Shown piece by piece: positions 16,742 through 25,446 of a stretch of DNA of 64,000 bases. The notes beneath the pieces were generated by a model. It was not told the DNA's origin and did not search any database. It was given only the letters and a program-made list of their open reading frames with translations. Position numbers and translations under genes: made by a program. Origin of the DNA: an uncultured Christensenellaceae bacterium. Lineage in GTDB: Bacteria; Bacillota; Clostridia; Christensenellales; UBA3700. Position 1 is the stretch's first letter, and every line of letters starts with the position of its first letter. The DNA lies in assembly GCA_944381315.1 (NCBI GenBank), contig CALWKR010000042.1, positions 2,021-66,020 of the forward strand, read 5' to 3'.

Positions 16742-17578
16742 ATGAAAAAGAAAAGTATCGTTATCGTTGCGGCGGTCCTCGTCGCACTCTGCGTAGCCAC
16801 CTGCTTTGCAGGCTGCTCCTCTGCCGGCAGAACTCCCGAGCAGATCAAAGAAGCCGGCGTCCTGATCATCGCCACCAATGCGGCGTTCCCTCCGTTCGAA
16901 TACAAGGTCGGCAGCGAATTCCAAGGCTGGGATATGGACATCGCCAGAGCGTTCGGCGAGTTGCTCGGCGTAGAAGTCGAGATCAGAGACATGGAGTTCG
17001 ACTCCGTACTTTCCGCAGTCTCGCTGGGTCAAGCCGACATCGCCATGGCAGGCATTTCTTACAGCGAAGCCCGCGACAAGACCGTCGACTTCTCGGACGG
17101 CGTCTTTGACAGCTCTCAGATGATCATCGTCCGCAGCGACGAGACTTCCATCACCAACGCTATGGATCTCGAAGGTAAAGTCGTCGGCGCTCAGCGCGGC
17201 ACCGTCGGCCATCTGCTCGCCCAACTCGATCCCGAATGGGCAAGCGACGGCGAAGGAGGCTTCATCCTCGGCGAGCCGAGCGTCGTTACTCCCTACGGCA
17301 CTGCAGCCGAAGCCGTGCAGGCTCTCGCCAACGGCTCCGTCGACGCGGTCATCCTCGACAAGATGCCCGCTATGTCCATCGTCGCGTCGAGAGACGGCGA
17401 CGTCAAGATCCTCGACCAATCTGTCTTTGACGACGAATATGCGTTCGCGGTCGCAGAGGGCAACTCCGCTCTCGCCGAGTGGATCAACAACGCCATCCAA
17501 ACGCTGAAAGACAACGGCACTTGGGACGAGATCACCGACAAATACTTCTCCGAAGAGGGCACTCCCGAAGGAGTCTAA
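16742..17578 (+). CDS. polar amino-acid ABC transporter substrate-binding lipoprotein
   Basis: MKKKSIVIVAAVLVALCVATCFAGCSS (lipobox FAGC). The SBP_bac_3-like body includes GVLIIATNAAFPPFEY and DIAMAGIS. Confidence 0.9.
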   Translation: MKKKSIVIVAAVLVALCVATCFAGCSSAGRTPEQIKEAGVLIIATNAAFPPFEYKVGSEFQGWDMDIARAFGELLGVEVEIRDMEFDSVLSAVSLGQADIAMAGISYSEARDKTVDFSDGVFDSSQMIIVRSDETSITNAMDLEGKVVGAQRGTVGHLLAQLDPEWASDGEGGFILGEPSVVTPYGTAAEAVQALANGSVDAVILDKMPAMSIVASRDGDVKILDQSVFDDEYAFAVAEGNSALAEWINNAIQTLKDNGTWDEITDKYFSEEGTPEGV

Positions 17579-17638
17579 CAACACAACAACCCGAGACAAG
17601 CCGAGGAGATCCCTCGACTTGTCTTTTCGTGAGGACAT

Positions 17639-18334
17639 ATGAAATTCGACTTCTCGGTCATCTTCAACAAAGCCGCATTCGAGACATTGTGCAGTGCGTA
17701 CGGCTGGACGCTGTTCATCGCCGTCGGCGCACTGCTGATCGGCATCGTGCTGGGCACGCTGCTCGCGATCAGCAAGGTCGTCCCAAAAAACAATGCCGTT
17801 GCGGTCTTTTTTGACAAACTCTCCACGGTGTACGTCGCGATCTTCCGCGGCACTCCTCTCACCGTCCAGCTGTTCATCATCTACTTCGTCGTCTTCGCGG
17901 GAGTAACGTTCTTCTCCGCGTCGGTGACGCCCTATATCATCGCCGTCATAGGCTTCGGACTCAACTCCGCGGCTTATGTGTCCGAGATCATACGCTCGGG
18001 CATCCTCAGCGTGGACAAGGGACAGATGGAAGCAGGCAGAGCGCTCGGCTTGAGCTATCGCAAGACGATGTTCTCGGTCGTGCTGCCGCAGGCGGCAAAG
18101 AGCATCATTCCCCCTCTCGGCAATGAGGCGATCACACTCGTCAAGGATACCTCGGTCGCGCTCGTCATCGGCGTCGCCGAGTTTTTCACCGAGATCAGGA
18201 ACATAGTCAACTACACCTACAATGTCATCACGCCGTATATCTACGCCGCGATCGTCTACTTCGTGACGGTGCTCGTGATGAGCTTTATCCTTTCCAAGAT
18301 AGAAAAGCGTTTGAGGAGGAGCGATCTGAGATGA
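17639..18334 (+). CDS. amino-acid ABC transporter permease (HisMQ/GlnP type)
   Basis: 231 aa, multi-[24 protein letters not shown] is the EAA-loop motif of this family. Confidence 0.9.
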   Translation: MKFDFSVIFNKAAFETLCSAYGWTLFIAVGALLIGIVLGTLLAISKVVPKNNAVAVFFDKLSTVYVAIFRGTPLTVQLFIIYFVVFAGVTFFSASVTPYIIAVIGFGLNSAAYVSEIIRSGILSVDKGQMEAGRALGLSYRKTMFSVVLPQAAKSIIPPLGNEAITLVKDTSVALVIGVAEFFTEIRNIVNYTYNVITPYIYAAIVYFVTVLVMSFILSKIEKRLRRSDLR

Positions 18335-19596
18335 GCGACATATTGATCTCTACACGCGGCCTGACCAAGAGGTTTGGCGCCAAAGACGTGCTCAAAGGCA
18401 TAGACTGCGACATCCGCGTAGGCGAAAAGGTCGCCGTCATCGGTCCCTCCGGCAGCGGCAAGAGCACCTTCTTGCGCTGTCTCAATCTGCTCGAACTGCC
18501 TTCGGGCGGCACCGTCACCGTGGACGGCTCGGTGCTGTTCGAGAGCGAGATGCTCGCCAAGCGCGACGCGCTCGACGCGGTCGTCGCCGAGATCAAAGAT
18601 CTCAAATCGGGCAACGCTTCTCAAGAGGTAAAGGAGCACAGACAAGAGGCGGCTCGGCTCAAAGACGAGCTCGCCAAGACGCAGGACGCCTTGACTGACG
18701 CGCGCGCCAAGCAAAAACTTGCAAAGTTGCGCGCCTCACGCGCCGGCAGCGCCGACAGCGCCGAGGTAGACGAGGCAAGCGTCAACTGCGAGAGACTCGC
18801 CGCCGAAATCGAGGAGCTCAAAGCGATGCTCGCCGCGGTGAACGCGAAGATCAAGCAAAAGCGCGCCGAGGCGAAGCACAACCAAGACGCCGCCCTGCTC
18901 TCCGAGCTGATCGCGAAGAAGGCGCAAGCCAAGAGCGAATACGTCGCTGCCAAAAAGGCACACGCCGCGGCGATGAAAAAGACAAACAAGTCCATTGACG
19001 AACACCGCCGCAATATGGGCATGGTCTTCCAGCACTTCAACCTGTTCAACAACCTGACCGTGATCGAGAACATCACTCTCGCGCCCGTTTCGCTCAACCT
19101 CAAAGACGTCAAGGCGGAACGCCGCAAGCTGTTGATGCGCAAGCTCAAAGGCGAGGACGTAAAGTCAGGACTTGCCGCACTGCCGAGCAAGCTCGAGATC
19201 GTCGAGAACGCAAAGGCGACGGCGCGCAAGCTGTTGGCGCGCGTAGGACTGCTCGACAAGGCAGACGTCTATCCTTCCACGCTGTCGGGCGGGCAAAAGC
19301 AGCGCATCGCGATCGTCAGATCGCTGGCGATGAATCCGCGCGTGATGCTGTTTGACGAGCCGACGAGCGCGCTCGATCCCGAGATGGTCGGCGAAGTGCT
19401 CGAAGTCATCAAAGAGCTCGCCGACGACGGCATGACGATGGTCATCGTCACTCACGAAATGGGCTTTGCCAAAGAAGTCGCGACGCGAGTGCTCTTCGTC
19501 GACGACGGACAGATCAAGGAGGACGCGCCGCCGCAGCAATTGTTCGGCGCACCGCAGCATCCGAGACTGCAAGAGTTCTTGTCCAAGATCCTCTGA
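18331..19596 (+). CDS. amino-acid ABC transporter ATP-binding protein with a large coiled-coil insertion
   Basis: Walker [11 protein letters not shown]-loop [11 protein letters not shown], signature LSGGQKQR, Walker [13 protein letters not shown]-loop VTHEM. At 421 aa it is longer than the roughly 240-260 aa I recall for this family. See the finding on the insertion. Confidence 0.9.
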   Translation: MSDILISTRGLTKRFGAKDVLKGIDCDIRVGEKVAVIGPSGSGKSTFLRCLNLLELPSGGTVTVDGSVLFESEMLAKRDALDAVVAEIKDLKSGNASQEVKEHRQEAARLKDELAKTQDALTDARAKQKLAKLRASRAGSADSAEVDEASVNCERLAAEIEELKAMLAAVNAKIKQKRAEAKHNQDAALLSELIAKKAQAKSEYVAAKKAHAAAMKKTNKSIDEHRRNMGMVFQHFNLFNNLTVIENITLAPVSLNLKDVKAERRKLLMRKLKGEDVKSGLAALPSKLEIVENAKATARKLLARVGLLDKADVYPSTLSGGQKQRIAIVRSLAMNPRVMLFDEPTSALDPEMVGEVLEVIKELADDGMTMVIVTHEMGFAKEVATRVLFVDDGQIKEDAPPQQLFGAPQHPRLQEFLSKIL

Positions 19597-19622
19597 GCAA
19601 TTCGTCTATGATATTGCAAACC

Positions 19623-19649
19623 AAAAGCTCCGCATCTGCGGAGCTTTTT
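19623..19649. terminator. bidirectional intrinsic terminator between convergent genes
   Basis: AAAAGCTCCGCA-tc-TGCGGAGCTTTTT. There is an A-run on one side and a T-run on the other. Confidence 0.85.
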
Positions 19650-19675
19650 GCGATATGTATCGAGTTTTTGATCGA

Positions 19676-21211
19676 TCAGACGGTCTCTTCTTCCTTCTGC
19701 TCAACCTTTTTCTTGCGCTTGCGATGGCTCTTCCTCTGTCCGACTTGCGCGCCCGTCACCGCAACCAGCATCGTCACCATTCTCGCGAGCGACAGCGTGT
19801 CTTTGCCGCAATAGGTATACAGATATTGATAGAAGCGCTCGCATTCCTCCGCGTCTGCGTATTGCGCCCTCGTGAACAGCCGCATCGCCTCGGCTCCGTT
19901 GCGCACGTCGAGTATGGAATAGTCGCAACTCTTGTCCCCGGGGAAGAGCGCGGGATAGACGGCTTTGAGCGACGTCGAGCCGAGCATCGCGCGCGAATAG
20001 ATCGCCCTCGACGCAAACAGCTCTTGCAGATCGGCAATGCCGTTGCGCACAAGCGAGAGCTTGTGTCCGAACGTCCTGTATCTTGTGGCGAGAGTGCCCA
20101 GCACCTTGCATTCAAGCCCCTTGGAAAATACGACAACGCTCGCGGCGTGCGGTATCTGATTGCTGAGCCGCCGCGCGATCTCGGGGCGCGGATCCTCGCC
20201 TCTCTTGGGCAAATATTGGTAGTGTTCGAGCTCGGAATACTGCGTGCGCTTGACATGGAGCGAATATTGAAAAGGGATCTGCATGAACGGCCGCGTGCCG
20301 TTGTAGAGCGGCAGCGCCGGCTGGCACGCCTCGAAGTCGAGAAAGCACATAGGATAGTGCAGTTTTTCCAAAAACGCGCGCACGCGCTGCTCGTCTATGT
20401 GCAGCTTGTCGTCCGTCAGATACATCCTGACCATCGCCGCCTGCGCAGGTTTGAGCAGGTGCGCGTTGTCGAGCAAGTCGTCCAAGCTCTTGCATCCCGA
20501 CGCAAACAGCTTGTAGGTCGTCGGGCCGTCGATGCCGTGAAAGTCGAGCATGCACGGCCGCGGCACGGCGGCGCATTCGGCATAATATTCGCACTTGTCG
20601 GGGCGCTCGCACTTGACTGCCATATCGCATGTGATCGGCTCCTTGACGAGTCTCTCCGCGTTGGCGAAAAAGTCTTCGACGACCCGTCGCGCCTCTTCGA
20701 CGCGAGGCTTCAAGTCCACGAGCTTGAACAGTTTGTCGGGCACGATCGCTCCCCTGCGGACATAGCTGCGGTTGCAGACCGCGACGGAGATCGAGATCGG
20801 AGGATAGCCGCTCTTGCTCGCGACGGCGTCGATGTACGCCGCCTTGGCGACGGCGCTGTCGGTCGCCTTGGGCGTCGTCTTGGTGTAGAAAAACTCCAAG
20901 CCTTCGCCGCGGTCGCGGACAGCGTCCACGCTCGCGCAAAAGCTGCCGTCGACGAACGTCACGTTGTTGAAAGCCTTAACTCCGCGCTCCGCCGCCGCGC
21001 GAAACTTCGCGAACGACTGCTCGGGCGTATCGGCGGCGCAGTCCTCTCCGTCGCCGAGCAGCGCAAGCAGCTGCTCTTTGAGCAAAGCGTATTGACTGCG
21101 GCGGTATTCAGACGCCTCTGAATCGGGCGCCGAAGACGTCGCCGCCCTGACAAAAAGCGTCGGGCAGTGCCGAAAACGTGTGAGATCTGAGTTGTCGAAA
21201 AGTCTGTCCAT
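19676..21211 (-). CDS. DUF2779 domain-containing protein (putative nuclease-fold protein with Cys cluster)
   Basis: FLDFEACQPALPLYNGTRPFMQIPFQYSLHV matches the DUF2779 signature as I recall it. Cys cluster CDMAVKCERPDKCEYYAEC. Start trimmed to ATG 21211 (MDRLFDNSDLTRFRHCP). Confidence 0.7.
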   Translation of the reverse strand: MDRLFDNSDLTRFRHCPTLFVRAATSSAPDSEASEYRRSQYALLKEQLLALLGDGEDCAADTPEQSFAKFRAAAERGVKAFNNVTFVDGSFCASVDAVRDRGEGLEFFYTKTTPKATDSAVAKAAYIDAVASKSGYPPISISVAVCNRSYVRRGAIVPDKLFKLVDLKPRVEEARRVVEDFFANAERLVKEPITCDMAVKCERPDKCEYYAECAAVPRPCMLDFHGIDGPTTYKLFASGCKSLDDLLDNAHLLKPAQAAMVRMYLTDDKLHIDEQRVRAFLEKLHYPMCFLDFEACQPALPLYNGTRPFMQIPFQYSLHVKRTQYSELEHYQYLPKRGEDPRPEIARRLSNQIPHAASVVVFSKGLECKVLGTLATRYRTFGHKLSLVRNGIADLQELFASRAIYSRAMLGSTSLKAVYPALFPGDKSCDYSILDVRNGAEAMRLFTRAQYADAEECERFYQYLYTYCGKDTLSLARMVTMLVAVTGAQVGQRKSHRKRKKKVEQKEEETV

Positions 21212-21257
21212 CACTTGGAAAAGTGCCGCAGACAACCGCCTGCGGCACCGAAAAAAC

Positions 21258-22034
21258 TCAATCTTTGAGATCGATCGCGGCTTTGACCGCGTCATAGACC
21301 TCTTCGCGGAGCGCAAGCACTCCGAAGTCGCCGGGCTTGTAGTCCTCGCCTTCCAAATTGGTGACTTTGAGTCCCGCCTCTTGGCAGATCAAGACGCCGG
21401 GGAGCACGTCCCACGGCTTCTTGGCGAACAGCACCGCTCCGTCCGTATAGCCTGCCGCCGCGAACGAAAAGTCGACGCACGCCGCGCCGAACATCCTCAT
21501 CTTGCCCAAAGCGGGGATGAGCCTGCGCATCGCCCTCGCCTGCGACTTGGCGACTCGCACCGCCTTGTGGCTGAAATCGCCGAAGCTGACGGTGCTGCAA
21601 GTCGGATCGAAGTCCTTGAGCTGTATGCGCTTGCCGTTGATGTATGCGCCCTCGCCCTTGATCGCATAGAGCTCAAAGCCGAGCTTGGGCAGATTGATCG
21701 CGCTCAAAACCGTTTCGCCCTCTATGCAGAAAGCCGCCTGCAAACCGAACAGCGGCGAACCGTGGACCATATTGGACGTGCCGTCGATCGGATCGAGCAC
21801 CCATGTGCGGTCGTCGAACTTGTTGCGCGGATACTTCTCCTCGCTGATGACGGTGTCGTCGGGAAAGTTGAGCCTGATCGCTCTGAGCAGCGAGCTCTCC
21901 ACGCCCGTGTCGATGTCGGTCACGAGATCATAGGCGCTCTTTTGGGAAACCTTGAACGTCCTCTCCGTGCCGCAATACATGACTGCCGCCTTGTGAAGCT
22001 CTTTTACGATGAAGTCCTTTTCTTCTGCAAACAT
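21258..22034 (-). CDS. inositol monophosphatase family protein (SuhB-like)
   Basis: VISEE, WVLDPIDGTSNMVHG and AAAGYTDG. Start trimmed to ATG 22034 (MFAEEKDF). Confidence 0.85.
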   Translation of the reverse strand: MFAEEKDFIVKELHKAAVMYCGTERTFKVSQKSAYDLVTDIDTGVESSLLRAIRLNFPDDTVISEEKYPRNKFDDRTWVLDPIDGTSNMVHGSPLFGLQAAFCIEGETVLSAINLPKLGFELYAIKGEGAYINGKRIQLKDFDPTCSTVSFGDFSHKAVRVAKSQARAMRRLIPALGKMRMFGAACVDFSFAAAGYTDGAVLFAKKPWDVLPGVLICQEAGLKVTNLEGEDYKPGDFGVLALREEVYDAVKAAIDLKD

Positions 22035-22059
22035 GATACACCATCCGAAAAACAAAATT

Positions 22060-22078
22060 GGGGCGATCACCTCGCCCC
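22060..22078 (-). other. GC-rich hairpin plus T-run between a promoter-like element and the IMPase-family start codon
   Basis: Minus strand: GGGGCGA-ggtga-TCGCCCC followed by AATTTTGTTTTTC. It ends 25 nt before ATG 22034. Confidence 0.5.
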
Positions 22079-22090
22079 GTTCTTAATTAG

Positions 22091-22120
22091 ATTATACAAT
22101 ACGGAATAGCTTCAAGTCAA
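22091..22120 (-). promoter_or_regulatory. promoter-like element upstream of the IMPase-family gene
   Basis: Minus strand TTGACT-18 nt-TATAAT. Confidence 0.55.
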
Positions 22121-22195
22121 CAAAAATGTGCAGTTTTTTGCACTTTTTTGTCGCCTTAGCGCGCGGCGCGCCCCTGTTTCCGCACTGCGAACGCT

Positions 22196-22429
22196 TCAAG
22201 CTCCGTACTTGCCGATGACGCTATAATAGAGCGCCTTTGCGAGCGCCGCGTCGAGATGGGCGCACTCTTGCTCGAAATTGGGCACGCGTCTTGCGATCGT
22301 GCGCGTTCGCCGATAGTGCGCGACAAGACGATAAAGTTCTTCATTGCGATGTCTTTCGGGAGCTTTCCGCACCCCTTTGCCGACCGCCGAGACGCCTCGG
22401 CAACTTCTTTCTTTACTCATTGTTTTCAT
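22196..22429 (-). CDS. small basic hypothetical protein (77 aa)
   Basis: Strong SD (GGGGAGG, 6-nt spacer) before ATG 22429 and its own promoter at 22456-22484. No family recognised. Confidence 0.6.
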   Translation of the reverse strand: MKTMSKERSCRGVSAVGKGVRKAPERHRNEELYRLVAHYRRTRTIARRVPNFEQECAHLDAALAKALYYSVIGKYGA

Positions 22430-22455
22430 ATTCTGCCTCCCCTTTCGGTGCCTAC

Positions 22456-22484
22456 ATTCTAACTCAACGGGTTTTGAAAGTCAA
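22456..22484 (-). promoter_or_regulatory. promoter of the 77-aa gene
   Basis: Minus strand TTGACT-17 nt-TAGAAT. Confidence 0.65.
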
Positions 22485-22489
22485 TACTT

Positions 22490-22510
22490 CGCGCGCGCGT
22501 GCGCGCGCGT
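22490..22510. repeat. alternating pyrimidine-purine (CG)n tract, near-palindromic
   Basis: CGCGCGCGCGTGCGCGCGCGT: 21 nt of unbroken Py-Pu alternation immediately upstream of the -35 at 22479-22484. Confidence 0.9.
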
Positions 22511-22634
22511 AAGGTTTTTCGACACTTTACGTCGTTAGGCGAGCCTCGATCGCAACACCGATTTGTCATACAATACAAGATTTTGTCGACGATCTTGCCG
22601 TCGCACCCTTTTCGCCGCCACCTTTTGCGCGCTC

Positions 22635-22663
22635 TTGACATATTTATGCGCGCGTTTTATAAT
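22635..22663 (+). promoter_or_regulatory. consensus promoter of the GH20-nagA-esterase operon
   Basis: TTGACA-17 nt-TATAAT (both hexamers perfect). An AGGAGG SD lies 6 nt before ATG 22699. Confidence 0.85.
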
Positions 22664-22698
22664 AATGTTACAAGCCGCTCTGCGGCAGGAGGAGTATC

Positions 22699-24270
22699 AT
22701 GCTCAACATCATCCCCCGTCCCAATTCGGAAGAGATATACGGGGGCGACCTCACCTTTGACGGCGGAGTCGCCGTCTCGGCTTGCGACGAAGCGCGTCCG
22801 GCGGAACAGATGGTACGCAATATGCTGTCCAAGTTCTGCCCTACGATACGCTTTTCCGACTCGGGCAAAGTCGCGATCAAGTTCGAAAAAGACGCGCTGC
22901 TCCCCAAAGAGAGCTATCGCATCGACGCCGACGGCGACAAGCTGATCATGACCGCCTCGGGGATGCCCGGATGGACGTATGCCCTCGTCTCGCTGCGCCA
23001 AATGCTGCGCACGGACAGAGACGACAAGACCATGTATGCGTCCTGCCCGTGCTGTCACATCGACGATTCGCCGCGCTTCGCCTATCGCGGAGTGATGCTG
23101 GACGAAGCCCGTCACTTCTTCGGCGAGACCGAAGTCAAGCGTCTGCTCGACTTGATGTGTCTCTACAAGCTCAACGTACTGCATTGGCACCTGTCCGACG
23201 ATCAGGGCTATCGCGTCGAGAGCGACGTTTTCCCTCTTTTGACGACGGTCGCGTCGCGCCGCAACGACACTCAGGTCGGCGGCAAGCGGTCAGACAAATT
23301 TACGGGCATAGCGTCGTCGGGATATTATACCAAAAAACAGATCAGGCACATCGTGGAATATGCGCGCGAGCGCAACATCGAGATCGTTCCCGAGCTCGAT
23401 ATGCCGTCGCACTGCACCGCCATCCTCGCCGCCTATCCCGATCTGAGCTGTCACGGCGAAAAGACCGACGTGTCCACCACCTTCGGCAACACGGAAAGAT
23501 CGGTATGTCCGGGCAAGGACAGCACCTACGACTTTGCCGCAAAGCTCGTCGACGAATGGTGCGAGCTGTTCCCTTCTCCGCTCTTCCACATAGGTGCGGA
23601 CGAGCCTGCGGAGCAGGAATGGAAGACATGCTCAGACTGCCGCGAAGCCGTCGTCCGCAACGGGCTCGGCGACATAAAAGAACTGCTGCCGCTGTTCGTC
23701 AACCGCGTCGCGGACTTGCTGCGCGAGCGCGGCAAGACGCCCGTCATCTGGTCCGAAAAGCTGCTGCGCGGCGTGCGCAAACATGCTATCTTCGAAGTTT
23801 TCGATCACATAGATCCCAAGGCTCTCGCAACGGAAGTCTCGCAGGGGCGGCGCGTCATCGTCGCGACGGCGGACAGATATTATGCGTCGCGGCCATACTG
23901 CATGACACCGCTCAAAAAGACCTATTGTTACGAGCCGACGTCGGTGCTCGGCTCTCCCGGCAGCGACGCGGGAGTCATAGGCGCCGAGATGCTGCTGTGG
24001 TCGGAGTGGGTCTATGACAGACTCAAGCTCGACTTCAACCTCTTCCCGAGGATGTGCGCGATGGCGGAGAGCGCGTGGACGGACAGAGCGCGCAAGAGCC
24101 TGTCCGACTTCCGCAAACGCTGGGACGCGCACAAGGCCCTGATGGACTCGATAGGCGTCGCGTATGCCGGCGACAAGCTGACGGATCCCGGCATCTTCAC
24201 GCGCAAAAAGAGCGAATACATTTGGAAAAACGTCGACCAATACGACGAAGTAAGGAGAAACAACTTATGA
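22699..24270 (+). CDS. beta-N-acetylhexosaminidase, glycoside hydrolase family 20 (copy 1)
   Basis: IDDSPRFAYRGVMLDEARHF, LNVLHWHLSDDQGYR and FHIGADE (catalytic D-E pair). No signal peptide. Confidence 0.9.
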   Translation: MLNIIPRPNSEEIYGGDLTFDGGVAVSACDEARPAEQMVRNMLSKFCPTIRFSDSGKVAIKFEKDALLPKESYRIDADGDKLIMTASGMPGWTYALVSLRQMLRTDRDDKTMYASCPCCHIDDSPRFAYRGVMLDEARHFFGETEVKRLLDLMCLYKLNVLHWHLSDDQGYRVESDVFPLLTTVASRRNDTQVGGKRSDKFTGIASSGYYTKKQIRHIVEYARERNIEIVPELDMPSHCTAILAAYPDLSCHGEKTDVSTTFGNTERSVCPGKDSTYDFAAKLVDEWCELFPSPLFHIGADEPAEQEWKTCSDCREAVVRNGLGDIKELLPLFVNRVADLLRERGKTPVIWSEKLLRGVRKHAIFEVFDHIDPKALATEVSQGRRVIVATADRYYASRPYCMTPLKKTYCYEPTSVLGSPGSDAGVIGAEMLLWSEWVYDRLKLDFNLFPRMCAMAESAWTDRARKSLSDFRKRWDAHKALMDSIGVAYAGDKLTDPGIFTRKKSEYIWKNVDQYDEVRRNNL

Positions 24271-25445
24271 TCGTTACATACAAGAACGTCCGCCCTCTCG
24301 TGGGCGGCAAGTTTGAGCAAAATCGCAACATCGTCGTCGAGGACGGCGAGATCGTCTCTGTCGGGGACGCCGAACGCGGCGAGATCGTCGACTGCCGCGG
24401 CAAAGCCGTTGCGGCAGGATTCATAGACGTACACACGCACGGCGGCTGGGGACACGACTGCATGGAGGCGACGGAAGCCTGCCTTGCGACGATCTCTGCC
24501 TATCACCTCTACACGGGCATCACGTCCTACTGCCCCACGACGATGACAGCCGCGCCCGAGGACATAAACGGCGCAGTCGCGTGCATACGCGCCTATCGCG
24601 ACAAGTCGCCTTACGCGCGCATCATCGGCGCGCACCTCGAAGGGCCGTATCTGTCCCAAAAGGCTGCCGGAGCGCATCCGCCCAAGCTGTTGATCTCGCC
24701 GCTTGACGACGACTCGTTCGTCCAAGGCAATCTCGACGCGGTCACGCGCGTGACGATAGCCCCCAACGTGAGAGGCGCCGACGTCTTCACCGCGAAATAT
24801 GCCGCAAAGGGCGTGCAGATCTCTCTCGGCCACGACAACTCGATCGACGACGAGATCTATGCCTGCGTGAACGCAGGCGCGTCGTCCGTCACGCATATGT
24901 ACAACTGCACGTCGCGTCCGTCGCGCCGCGACAATCCCAAAAAGCACCTCGGACTCACCGAGGTCGGGCTGATCGACAGCCGTCTCACCGACGAGGTGAT
25001 CGCCGACGACAGACACGTCCCCGATCCGCTGTTCGGGATGATCTTCAAGCTCAAAGGCAGCGAAGGCATCTGCCTCGTCTCCGACTCGCTTAGCGTCGCA
25101 GGAATGCCCGAAGGCGACTACTACATCGGCGCAGGCGAGAGCAAACAGTCCATCCGCGTCGAAGACGGCGTCGCCGTGCTCCCTTCCGAGAACACCTATG
25201 CCGGCTCCGTCACCCCGATCTCCGCTATGGCGAAAAGGCTGATCGCAAAGGGCTACGACGCCCAAGACGCGCTGTCGATGGCAACGCTCGTCCCCGCCAA
25301 GCTGATCGGGCTCAAAGACAGAGGCGATCTGCAAGCGGGCATGCTTGCCGACTTCAACGTCTTTGACGACGACTTCTCGATCGCAATGACGGTGCTCGGC
25401 GGCAAAGTCGTCGACAGAGACGCGCTGCTAGCGCTGAGAGGCTGA
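24267..25445 (+). CDS. nagA: N-acetylglucosamine-6-phosphate deacetylase
   Basis: ATG 24267 overlaps the GH20 stop as ATGA. GFIDVHTHGGWGHD, GAHLEGPYLS and ISLGHD are typical NagA motifs. Confidence 0.9.
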   Translation: MIVTYKNVRPLVGGKFEQNRNIVVEDGEIVSVGDAERGEIVDCRGKAVAAGFIDVHTHGGWGHDCMEATEACLATISAYHLYTGITSYCPTTMTAAPEDINGAVACIRAYRDKSPYARIIGAHLEGPYLSQKAAGAHPPKLLISPLDDDSFVQGNLDAVTRVTIAPNVRGADVFTAKYAAKGVQISLGHDNSIDDEIYACVNAGASSVTHMYNCTSRPSRRDNPKKHLGLTEVGLIDSRLTDEVIADDRHVPDPLFGMIFKLKGSEGICLVSDSLSVAGMPEGDYYIGAGESKQSIRVEDGVAVLPSENTYAGSVTPISAMAKRLIAKGYDAQDALSMATLVPAKLIGLKDRGDLQAGMLADFNVFDDDFSIAMTVLGGKVVDRDALLALRG

Positions 25446-25446
25446 T

